Source: Pyrinomonadaceae bacterium (GTDB lineage Bacteria > Acidobacteriota > Blastocatellia > Pyrinomonadales > Pyrinomonadaceae). From it: a stretch of 53,764 nt of DNA. Under the pieces are notes generated by a model. It was not told the origin of the DNA. It saw only the letters and a list, made by a program, of their open reading frames with translations, and searched no databases. Where the stretch lies: assembly GCA_025923035.1 (NCBI GenBank), contig JAICGQ010000001.1, positions 1 to 53,764 of the forward strand. The letters are read 5' to 3'. Positions 43,389-51,863 of the stretch are shown in pieces. Numbering within the stretch: position 1 is the stretch's first letter; each line of letters starts with the position of its first letter. The translations under genes were made by a program, and so were the position numbers.

Positions 43389-45143
43389 TCACGCAGCGCT
43401 GGTTCCCGGCTGCGGCCCTGCCAGCGGCAACGTCATCGTGAACTTACTTCCGCGTCCGGGCGCGCTTTCAACTTCGACATGACCGCCGTGAGCGTGCGTG
43501 ATGTGTTGGACCAGCGACAAACCGAGTCCGCTTCCCTTCGTGTTGTGTACCAGCGGATCGCCGGTGCGATAAAACTTCTCGAAGATGCGCGCCTGATCGT
43601 TGCGATCGATCCCGATCCCTCGATCGACGACTTCGAGCTTCAGCACGGCGTTAACGCGATACAGCTTCACGCCCAGGAATTTGTCATGGTCGGAATATTT
43701 CAACGCGTTGTTGACCAGATTGACAAGCGCTCGCGCGATCGCTTCGCGGTCGACCCGAACCGGCGGAATGCTCGTGTCGATCTGTTGTTCCAGCGCGAAA
43801 CCCTGTTGCTCGATCTGGTAGCGATACGAGTCGAGCGTATTGCGCACCAACTCGGCGATATCAGTTTCGCGAAAGTCGTACTCCTTGCGGCCCGCTTCGA
43901 TACGCGAGAAGTCGAGGATGTTATTGATTAAGGCACTGAGCCGTTCACTTTCTTTGCGAATGATGCCGTAGTACTCGAGCTTCTTTTCCTGCGTTGTGAT
44001 GCGCCCGAGTTCCAGCGTCTCCGCGTACAAGCGAATCAACGCCAACGGTGTGCGCAACTCGTGCGACACGTTCGATACGAAGTCAGACTTCAAGCGCGCC
44101 AGCGCCATCTGTTTGTTGACGCTGCGATACGTCAGCACCAGTCCGCCGGCCATGAAAATCGACAACACGCCGAGAATCAGCATGCTCTCCCGAACAAACC
44201 GGTTGCCGATCGCTTCCGCCGTTGTGCCCTGAAACTTGATGCCCATCGCCAGCCCGCGAAACGGATCGTCGAGCGTTTGCGAGACTTCAGGTTTACCCGT
44301 TCCCCATCCAGTTGACATTGCAAGAGGACGATCAGGTTCTGATTTTTGCGCGTCACCCGGATAGATCTTCATGGCCAGACGCTGATCCTTCTGCTCGTTC
44401 ACTTGCCGTGCCGTTAGCTCGTGAAACATCGGTCCGCCGCGGTCGCCCTGATAGTCGTCAAATTTTTGCGACGTGAAGGCATCCAGAAACTCCGGAAAGA
44501 ATTTGTCTTTCAGATAATCGGCGCCGAAGCGCGCGCCCCCCAGCACCATGCGTCCTTCAGATGAAGCCATTTTCGGAACCGTAAAGATCGCCGTAGTGGA
44601 ATAACGCGGGGTGCCTGGTTCATGTCCTTCCCCGGCAAACCAGATTATCGGTTTTGGTTTCCGCTCGATCTGCTCGCCGAGGTACGAGCCTTCCAGGCTG
44701 AACCAGCCGTTGTACATATCGGCGAAGTCTTTAAGCTCGTCCTCTTTTCCGGGTTGGACCTCGACAATTGCTCCCTTTTTGGTCTCTTTGAAAACTTTGG
44801 AGTCGAAAAGGAAAACGTGATCGAACCAGGGGCTTTTCTGCAGGATGAGTCTGAGTTTAGCTCGTTTCTCCTCTTCTGAATCGGCGTCATTCGGGAAGGC
44901 GTTGCGTGCGTCTTCCGTCATGCGGTACGTCTCGCCGTTCAACTCTTTGATGCCGGTGTAAAGCAGGTACTGGAAATCGCGATGGATGAGCGCCTGAATC
45001 TTTCTGTCGCGCTTGATCGATTTGACGTGTTGAAAACTGACGTAAATGAGAGCCAGCGCCGGGAGCACCACAGCGAGTCCGAGCGTCAGGACAAGCCGGA
45101 ACCGGGTGTTGCCTCCCAGGAACGCTCGTCGTTTTGACTTCAT
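43389..45143 (-). CDS. sensor histidine kinase
   Basis: N-terminal TM helix, a periplasmic region, a second TM helix, H-box SHELRTPL, N-box NLVNNALKYS, and G-box GSGLGLSLV. ATG 45143 has a GGAGG RBS and is preferred over the listed 45215. Confidence 0.9.
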   Translation of the reverse strand: MKSKRRAFLGGNTRFRLVLTLGLAVVLPALALIYVSFQHVKSIKRDRKIQALIHRDFQYLLYTGIKELNGETYRMTEDARNAFPNDADSEEEKRAKLRLILQKSPWFDHVFLFDSKVFKETKKGAIVEVQPGKEDELKDFADMYNGWFSLEGSYLGEQIERKPKPIIWFAGEGHEPGTPRYSTTAIFTVPKMASSEGRMVLGGARFGADYLKDKFFPEFLDAFTSQKFDDYQGDRGGPMFHELTARQVNEQKDQRLAMKIYPGDAQKSEPDRPLAMSTGWGTGKPEVSQTLDDPFRGLAMGIKFQGTTAEAIGNRFVRESMLILGVLSIFMAGGLVLTYRSVNKQMALARLKSDFVSNVSHELRTPLALIRLYAETLELGRITTQEKKLEYYGIIRKESERLSALINNILDFSRIEAGRKEYDFRETDIAELVRNTLDSYRYQIEQQGFALEQQIDTSIPPVRVDREAIARALVNLVNNALKYSDHDKFLGVKLYRVNAVLKLEVVDRGIGIDRNDQARIFEKFYRTGDPLVHNTKGSGLGLSLVQHITHAHGGHVEVESAPGRGSKFTMTLPLAGPQPGTSAA

Positions 45144-45393
45144 GTTCGCCTCCGTGAGATGTGACAAAGCGGGGCCGAGCATACGCTCAACGGCCGGGCG
45201 CTGTGTCAAGCTCAAGTAAAAATTTGTTAAGAGTTGTGAATTCGGCGGAGATTGTAATTCACAGCCTCTTGAGATCTTGAATCCGTTACCTTAAAGGCGT
45301 GACGCGCGCTGGCGGGAGGTACATGGAATACGGGATCCTGAAGCACGCGAATATTTCTTTGTTTATAGGCCGCCATGGTCTATAAACAGAGCG

Positions 45394-46455
45394 ATGCCGA
45401 TCGAAAGCCGCAACGTACGCTGGTGGCTGTTGTTAGGGGTCACTGCGATCGCCCTGTACCTCTGCTGGCGGATGGTTGAGCCGTTCCTCCGCGTTATCCT
45501 TTGGGCCACAGTCCTGGTCATCCTTTTTTACCCGGTGCACAGGCGGCTCGTGCAGCGAACCGGGCGACCGTGGCTGGCAGCGCTCATCTCGTGCGTTCTC
45601 GTCATTCTGATCATCCTCGTTCCCGTAACTCTGATCACGCTCGCGGTGATCAACGAACTCTCCGGCGCCGTCGACGCCCTACAGTCAGGCGTAAATTACA
45701 TTCTCGATCCAAACTCGCCTCGCAGCGGACCATTGCTGAACTTTCTGAGCCGCTACATCGACGTCAACGAACTCCGCTCGCAGGAATTTTTCGTCGAGCG
45801 AATCCGCGGCGTCAGCGGACAACTCGCCGAACGAACGCTCGGTTTTATCGGCGGACTCGTCGGCGGAATCATTCAAACGTTTTTTGTAATCTTCACCATG
45901 TACTACCTCTTCCGCGACGGCGAGAACATCTCACGCACCGTTCGCGACTCACTCCCACTCGACCGAGAGCAATCCGACAGCATCATGTCGCGCACGCGTG
46001 AAGTGATCGACGCCAGCGTGTACGGCGTGATCACGATCGCCGCCATCCAGGGCACGCTTGGCGGTTTGGCTTTCTGGGCGCTGGGTATTCGTTCGGCCAT
46101 CATCTGGGCAGTCGTGATGACGTTCTTGTCTATGGTGCCGATGCTCGGCGCGTTCATCGTTTGGGTCCCTGCCGCGCTCTATCTCGCACTCTCCGGCAAC
46201 TATGTGAAGGCCATCATACTCGCGGCCTGGGGAACACTCGTGATCGGAATGATCGACAATTTCCTGCGTCCAAAGCTGGTCGGCAGCCGCACTCGCCTGC
46301 ACGAATTGCTGATCTTTTTCTCCGTTTTGGGCGGATTGAATGTCTTCGGCGTGCTTGGCGTCGTGCTCGGACCAGTGGTGCTTGCGATCACGCTCGCTTT
46401 GATCGATGTTTACCGAACCGCCGGTCGATCCACAACTGCTGATAAGGCGTTGTGA
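45394..46455 (+). CDS. AI-2E family transporter (PerM/TqsA-like permease)
   Basis: About 8 TM helices and a conserved C-terminal ...FLRPKLVG...LHELLIFFSVLGG pattern. Confidence 0.8.
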   Translation: MPIESRNVRWWLLLGVTAIALYLCWRMVEPFLRVILWATVLVILFYPVHRRLVQRTGRPWLAALISCVLVILIILVPVTLITLAVINELSGAVDALQSGVNYILDPNSPRSGPLLNFLSRYIDVNELRSQEFFVERIRGVSGQLAERTLGFIGGLVGGIIQTFFVIFTMYYLFRDGENISRTVRDSLPLDREQSDSIMSRTREVIDASVYGVITIAAIQGTLGGLAFWALGIRSAIIWAVVMTFLSMVPMLGAFIVWVPAALYLALSGNYVKAIILAAWGTLVIGMIDNFLRPKLVGSRTRLHELLIFFSVLGGLNVFGVLGVVLGPVVLAITLALIDVYRTAGRSTTADKAL

Positions 46456-46542
46456 GCCGCCCGAATGAGTGATATAAAACGCCTGTTCCCCCTAAATAAC
46501 AGTTAGCCTCCGCTGTGAACACCGATCCAAAGGAGAGAGACT

Positions 46543-46818
46543 ATGGGTTTCTTTGGTTTCATCTGGTGGCTGGTTATCGGGCTAATCGCAGGACTGCTGG
46601 CGCGTCTGATCATGCCCGGTAGAGATCCGATGGGCTTGATCGCGACGATACTTCTGGGAATTGTCGGCTCCATTCTCGGTGGCCTCGTCAGTATAGCAAT
46701 CTGGGGCACCGAAAGAGGCGGCGGTATCCCTCGCGCCGGAATCATATTTTCGATCATCGGCGCGATCATCGTGCTCTGGATTTGGCGGATGATTAGAAGT
46801 CGCAGTGCGGTCACGTAA
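46543..46818 (+). CDS. GlsB/YeaQ/YmgE family stress-response membrane protein
   Basis: GFIWWLVIGLIAGLLARLIMPG...GLIATILLGIVGSILGG pattern. Confidence 0.85.
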   Translation: MGFFGFIWWLVIGLIAGLLARLIMPGRDPMGLIATILLGIVGSILGGLVSIAIWGTERGGGIPRAGIIFSIIGAIIVLWIWRMIRSRSAVT

Positions 46819-46835
46819 AAACTTCCACCGCCTAA

Positions 46836-47735
46836 GTGCCTGAACTGCCGGACATCGTCGTCTATATCGAGGCTCTCGAAAAACGCATTCAAGGCGCCAT
46901 TCTGGAACGCGTCCGCGTAGCAAGTCCGTTTCTGCTGCGCACGGCAGTGCCGCCGTTATCGAGTGTCGAAGGTAAGAAGGTTGTCGAACTGCGGCGGCTG
47001 GGCAAACGGATCTGTTTCGGGTTCGAAAGTGACCTGTGGCTCGTTCTGCACCTGATGATCGCAGGACGGTTGCACTGGTACGACGATCGGGCAAAGGCGG
47101 CGAAAGCACGCGGGCTCGCGGCGTTTGAGTTCAGCACCGGCACGTTGACGCTGACCGAAGCAGGCACCCAAAAACGCGCGTCGCTTCACGTGGTCCAGGG
47201 TGAGGCGGGACTGCAAACTCTGAATCCCGGCGGACTGGAAGTTTTCGACGCTACGGCGGCAGAGTTTGCAGCGGCGCTCCAGAAGACGAACCATACCCTG
47301 AAACGCGCGCTTACTGATCCGCGCATCCTCAGCGGCATCGGCAACGCCTATTCCGACGAGATTCTGTTCGCCGCCCAACTTTCCCCGTTCACACTCACAC
47401 AAAAACTCACTCCCGACGAGATTTCACGACTGTTCGACTCGGTGAAAACGACTCTCACGGACTGGGTAGACCGTTTGCGCGCGGATTATCGTGAGAAATT
47501 TCCGGAGAAAGTGACCGCGTTTCGGCCTGACATGGCCACGCACGGTCGTTACAAACAACCGTGTCCTCGCTGTGGCGCCAAAATCCAGCGCATTCGTTAC
47601 GGATCGAACGAAACCAACTATTGCCCAACGTGCCAAACCGGCGGACGACTGCTCGCAGACCGCGCCCTGTCACGTCTTCTAAAAGACGACTGGCCGCGTA
47701 CGCCCGAAGAGCTCGAAACTCTGACGAGATCTTGA
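46836..47735 (+). CDS. Fpg/Nei family DNA glycosylase/AP lyase
   Basis: (M)PELPD N-terminus, H2TH region, and a C-terminal zinc finger CPRCG...CPTCQ. GTG start. Confidence 0.85.
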   Translation: MPELPDIVVYIEALEKRIQGAILERVRVASPFLLRTAVPPLSSVEGKKVVELRRLGKRICFGFESDLWLVLHLMIAGRLHWYDDRAKAAKARGLAAFEFSTGTLTLTEAGTQKRASLHVVQGEAGLQTLNPGGLEVFDATAAEFAAALQKTNHTLKRALTDPRILSGIGNAYSDEILFAAQLSPFTLTQKLTPDEISRLFDSVKTTLTDWVDRLRADYREKFPEKVTAFRPDMATHGRYKQPCPRCGAKIQRIRYGSNETNYCPTCQTGGRLLADRALSRLLKDDWPRTPEELETLTRS

Positions 47736-47746
47736 GACCCGCACTT

Positions 47747-47828
47747 AGAACAAGTTAGGAAGGCGGCAAGTGAAACGCGCCCCCGCTGAAGCAAGAGCGG
47801 GGGCGTTGCCCCCTTCCTGACTTGTTCT
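47747..47828. terminator. nested inverted repeat / bidirectional terminator
   Basis: The inner perfect 10-bp GC-rich stem is CGCCCCCGCT-8 nt-AGCGGGGGCG (47778-47805). It is enclosed by 17-nt outer arms AGAACAAGTTAGGAAGG / CCTTCCTGACTTGTTCT with 1 mismatch. Located between convergent genes. Confidence 0.6.
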
Positions 47829-47846
47829 TAACTTGGTACCAACAGA

Positions 47847-48479
47847 TTATTCGTGAGTAGGTTCTTGTTCCACCTTCGAAAGGTGGCGAGTGGTCTGATC
47901 GGTGACGCTGAAAGGCGCCGGGATGAATTCGTTGGTTTCCGCCGGACGGAGGGTGCGGTGATTGGGGGCCGCATTCATTTCGGCGGCGGGGTTGGCTTCA
48001 AGGTTTTTAATGCGTCGCATCTCGCGTTCAATAAGCTCTGCCTGCTTCTTGCTAACGACCACGCCGTTGATGATCAACGCCACGCCCACGAAGAACGGAA
48101 TAAAACCAGCGACCCAAAGCCGGCTCACGATCTCCGCCTCGTTCGGCGCGACGTTGCTGGCGACTCCCTGCATGAAGATGGCCAGGAAGATCGTCAACGC
48201 GACGCCGATGCTGCTCACGATCACGCCGGCCTTGATCTCGTTATAGCGCTTTACTTCCGGTGTGATCCCCAACCGGCGTTCCATCTCGAGCTTTCGCTGT
48301 TGCGCAATCTCGCCGGACCGGAACATCTCAGCGACCCACGTCTCGCTCCAGTCAAACTTCCTGTCGCTGTCTTTCACCGCCAGCACTTCGCGAACCGCCT
48401 CGAGATTGGCCCCGCAAAACGTGCAGAACTTCACATTGTCACTCTGGTTGGACGCGCAGCGCGGACAGATCATATTCAC
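47847..48479 (-). CDS. zinc-ribbon domain membrane protein
   Basis: N-terminal CPRC...CTFCG zinc ribbon followed by two TM helices. Confidence 0.65.
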   Translation of the reverse strand: MNMICPRCASNQSDNVKFCTFCGANLEAVREVLAVKDSDRKFDWSETWVAEMFRSGEIAQQRKLEMERRLGITPEVKRYNEIKAGVIVSSIGVALTIFLAIFMQGVASNVAPNEAEIVSRLWVAGFIPFFVGVALIINGVVVSKKQAELIEREMRRIKNLEANPAAEMNAAPNHRTLRPAETNEFIPAPFSVTDQTTRHLSKVEQEPTHE

Positions 48480-48563
48480 CTCTTTCGTAGGCTGAAGATT
48501 CTATCTCATTCGTATAATACGTTTCGATCTCGGTTTCAGGTGCGTTAATCTGTAGCACTGCTC

Positions 48564-51455
48564 ATGAAGGCCATTCCCGCGGAAACCATCGCGCATTATC
48601 GCATCGTCGAACCCATCGGAGCCGGCGGTATGGGAATCGTCTATAAGGCGTTCGACAACAAGCTCCAGCGCGTCGTCGCACTGAAGGTCCTGCCGGCGGA
48701 GTACGTGTCACAACAGGATCGCCGCCGTCGTTTCTTCCAGGAAGCGCGCGCTGCGTCAGCGTTGAACCACCCTCACATCCTGACGATTTACGAAGTCGGC
48801 GAAGACGACGGCAAGCCATACATCGCGATGGAGTTCGTGGAAGGCGAAACGCTGCGCCAGAAGATCAAGGCCGCCAACGGCCTCCAGCTTCGCGAAACAA
48901 TCGACATCGCGATCCAGATCGCCGCCGGACTTTCGCGCGCCCATGAGTTCGGCATCATTCACCGCGATCTCAAGCCCGAGAACCTGATGCTGAGTCGCGA
49001 CGGCTACGCCAAGATTCTCGACTTCGGGCTCGCAAAACTGGTCGCCGAACGCGAACGCGCGCTCGCCGCCGACAGCGAACAGAAAACGCTGATTCGCGGA
49101 GTCGAAACCGAATCCGGCACATTGATGGGGACCGTGAACTACATGGCGCCCGAACAACTGCTGGGCCAACGAGTCGATCGTCGTTGCGACGTTTTCTCGT
49201 TTGGCGTGGTCCTGTGCGAAATGCTCACCGGCATGGCGCCGTTCGTTCACGACAATCGCATCGACACCATGCACGCGATCCTCCATCGCGATCCCCGGCT
49301 GCCGGGCTCAGGCGGAACCGAGCTTCCGATCGACGTCCAACGCATCCTCACGAAAGCGCTCGCAAAGACGCCGAAGGATCGTTATCAATCGGTCGACGAA
49401 TTCGCCGCCGAACTCAAGGCTCTCAAACGCGAACTCGAACTCGGCAAAACGCTACCCGTCGCTCCCAAAACCCGACTCGTGCTGAAGCGAGTCGTTGCCG
49501 GCGCGCAAGCGATCGACTACGAGAAAGAGCTCAACGAAGCGCAGTTCAAAGCCGTGACGACAACCGAAGGACCGCTGCTGATCGTCGCAGGCGCAGGCAC
49601 AGGCAAGACTCGCACGCTGGTCTATCGTGTGGCGCGTCTGGTCGAGATCGGCGCCAAACCCGAGTCGATCCTGTTGTTAACGTTCACGCGCCGGGCGGCC
49701 TCGAGCATGCTGACCCGCGCCGCCGCACTCGCCGACGCGCGCTGCCAGCGAGTTTCCGGCGGAACGTTTCACTCGTTGGGCCATTCCGTACTACGCAAGT
49801 ACCCGGAATTCGCGGGCGTACAACGCAACTTTACCGTGCTGGACCAGAGCGACACGGAAGATTTGATCGATCTCCTGCGCCGCCAAATCAAAATTACAAG
49901 CGATCGTCATTTTCCACGCAGACGCACCATCGCCGCAATCTTCAGCATGATGGTCAACAAGGTCCAGACGCTGAAGCAGGTGCTCAATAACGAATACCCG
50001 CAGTTCGCCGACGAGCGCCGCAACCTCGACACCCTCTTCAAGTCGTTCGAAGAGTACAAACGCGCGCGCCACATGTTGACCTACGACGATCTGCTCGTGC
50101 GCTTTCGTGAAGCGCTCGAATCGAGCCAGGAGCTGCGCGAGCGACTGTCAGACCAGTATCGCTACATCATGGTCGACGAGTACCAGGACACGAACAAACT
50201 CCAGGCGCAGATCGTGAAACTGATGACCGCACGGCACGAAAACGTCGCTGTCGTCGGCGACGAGTTTCAATCGATCTATTCGTTTCGCGGGGCGAGCCAT
50301 CGAAACATGCTCGAGTTTCCGAAGCTGTTCCCGGCGGCGCAAATCATCAAGCTGGAAGAGAACTTCCGCAGCACGCAACCGATACTCGACGTCGCCAATG
50401 CCATCATCGCGGACGTCAAGGAGAGCTACAAGAAACGCCTCTATTCGCGAATCGAAGGCGGGCAACCGCCGGTGGTGGTCAGCGCGCGCGACGAGAACGA
50501 ACAGTCGCGGTTCGTGGCCCAACGTATCGACGAGTTGCGTCAGGAAGGCGTGCCGCTGCGCGAGATCGCGGTGCTGTTTCGATCGAGCTCGCATTCGTTC
50601 GATCTCGAGATCGAACTCGGCAAGCACAACATTCCGTTCCGAAAATTCGGCGGGATGCGTTTTGCCGAGTCGGCGCACATCAAAGACGCGCTGGCGTTTT
50701 TACGCGTGGTAGTGAAACCTTCCGACACACTTTCGTGGTTCCGGTCGCTGAAGTTGATCGATCACATCGGCGACGCGACTGTGTATCAGATCCTCGAACA
50801 CCTCGGCGTCGATAAAAAAGAGTTCCGCTCGGCGCGAACCAAAGGCGCGCTTTTCAAGAAACTGCATCGCTTTCCCGGTCGCGCCGGCTATCAGGCGCAA
50901 CTAACGCGTCTCGCACGCGTATTCACTACTGTTTGCGAAAGCAAATCGCCGAGCGAACAACTCTCGGCCGTTTTACGTTTTTATCGTCCGTTGCTGAAGA
51001 ACAAGTACGACGACGTTCAGCGCCGCAGCCGCGATCTCGAACACCTGCAAACAATCGCGAAGCGCTACAAGACCGCCGCGAAGTTGCTCGAAGACGTCGC
51101 GCTCGATCCAACTGAAGCAGTCCAGGGAGGCGCGTCGCGAAACGGCGGCGGGTTTGTGACGCTCTCGACAGTGCATTCGGCGAAAGGTCTCGAATGGGAC
51201 AACCTGTTTGTGATTTGGATGACTGACGGCTGGTTTCCGGCAAATCGTTTTCAGGACGAGTTTGACGATTTTGAAGAGGAGCGGCGGTTGTTGTACGTCG
51301 CCACAACGCGCGCGAAACGCGAATTGCATTTTGTTTACCCGGCAGTAAACGTCTACTACGGCCCGGAAACAGACGGCTCGCCGACGTTGTCGCGATTTCT
51401 CGAACCGATTGCGCCGTCAATCCTGCAACACGCTTCGCTATTGGACGGAAACTAG
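48564..51455 (+). CDS. Hanks-type Ser/Thr protein kinase fused to UvrD/Rep-like superfamily-1 helicase
   Basis: Kinase motifs: GAGGMGIVYKA, VALKVL, HRDLKPEN, DFGLAK, YMAPEQ. Helicase motifs: GAGTGKTRT, TFTRRAA, DEYQDTN, YSFRGA, VHSAKGLEWD, YVATTRAKREL. All lie in one uninterrupted 963-aa ORF. Confidence 0.85.
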   Translation: MKAIPAETIAHYRIVEPIGAGGMGIVYKAFDNKLQRVVALKVLPAEYVSQQDRRRRFFQEARAASALNHPHILTIYEVGEDDGKPYIAMEFVEGETLRQKIKAANGLQLRETIDIAIQIAAGLSRAHEFGIIHRDLKPENLMLSRDGYAKILDFGLAKLVAERERALAADSEQKTLIRGVETESGTLMGTVNYMAPEQLLGQRVDRRCDVFSFGVVLCEMLTGMAPFVHDNRIDTMHAILHRDPRLPGSGGTELPIDVQRILTKALAKTPKDRYQSVDEFAAELKALKRELELGKTLPVAPKTRLVLKRVVAGAQAIDYEKELNEAQFKAVTTTEGPLLIVAGAGTGKTRTLVYRVARLVEIGAKPESILLLTFTRRAASSMLTRAAALADARCQRVSGGTFHSLGHSVLRKYPEFAGVQRNFTVLDQSDTEDLIDLLRRQIKITSDRHFPRRRTIAAIFSMMVNKVQTLKQVLNNEYPQFADERRNLDTLFKSFEEYKRARHMLTYDDLLVRFREALESSQELRERLSDQYRYIMVDEYQDTNKLQAQIVKLMTARHENVAVVGDEFQSIYSFRGASHRNMLEFPKLFPAAQIIKLEENFRSTQPILDVANAIIADVKESYKKRLYSRIEGGQPPVVVSARDENEQSRFVAQRIDELRQEGVPLREIAVLFRSSSHSFDLEIELGKHNIPFRKFGGMRFAESAHIKDALAFLRVVVKPSDTLSWFRSLKLIDHIGDATVYQILEHLGVDKKEFRSARTKGALFKKLHRFPGRAGYQAQLTRLARVFTTVCESKSPSEQLSAVLRFYRPLLKNKYDDVQRRSRDLEHLQTIAKRYKTAAKLLEDVALDPTEAVQGGASRNGGGFVTLSTVHSAKGLEWDNLFVIWMTDGWFPANRFQDEFDDFEEERRLLYVATTRAKRELHFVYPAVNVYYGPETDGSPTLSRFLEPIAPSILQHASLLDGN

Positions 51456-51494
51456 CTTTTACGTAAACTGTCCGCGGTCGCTAACACACTAAAG

Positions 51495-51863
51495 ATGACT
51501 CTCGGCACAGAATGGCTCATTGATGCAAGCGGTTGTGACCCAGCGGCGCTTGCAGACATCAATCGCTTACAGGCAGTTTTCACTCGGATCATCGACGATC
51601 TCGATCTGCACGTTCTCGGACAGATCGCGTGGCATAAGTTCGACTCGCCCGGCGGCGTCACCGGACTTGCGATGCTCTCGGAATCACATCTCGCCTGTCA
51701 TACGTACCCTGAGTTTCGCGCCGCGACCTTCAACCTCTATTGCTGTCGCGACCGCGCGAACTGGCCGTGGGAGCAGATGTTGAAGGAGATGCTGGGTGCG
51801 GTTGAAGTAGACGTTCGCACGTTCGAACGAACCGCCCTTCAAGCTGGAGGGGCTGCTCGATGA
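51495..51863 (+). CDS. S-adenosylmethionine decarboxylase proenzyme family protein (small prokaryotic type)
   Basis: LSESHLACHTYPE self-processing-site motif and a size of about 120 aa. Confidence 0.8.
   Translation: MTLGTEWLIDASGCDPAALADINRLQAVFTRIIDDLDLHVLGQIAWHKFDSPGGVTGLAMLSESHLACHTYPEFRAATFNLYCCRDRANWPWEQMLKEMLGAVEVDVRTFERTALQAGGAAR

Noticed and set aside
45250-45390. Small palindromes upstream of the AI-2E transporter and the kinase: TGTGAATT-13 nt-AATTCACA and TTTATAG-11 nt-CTATAAA.
   Set aside because: They are short single-copy dyads in a divergent promoter region. They may be operators, but the sequence alone gives nothing that distinguishes them from chance.
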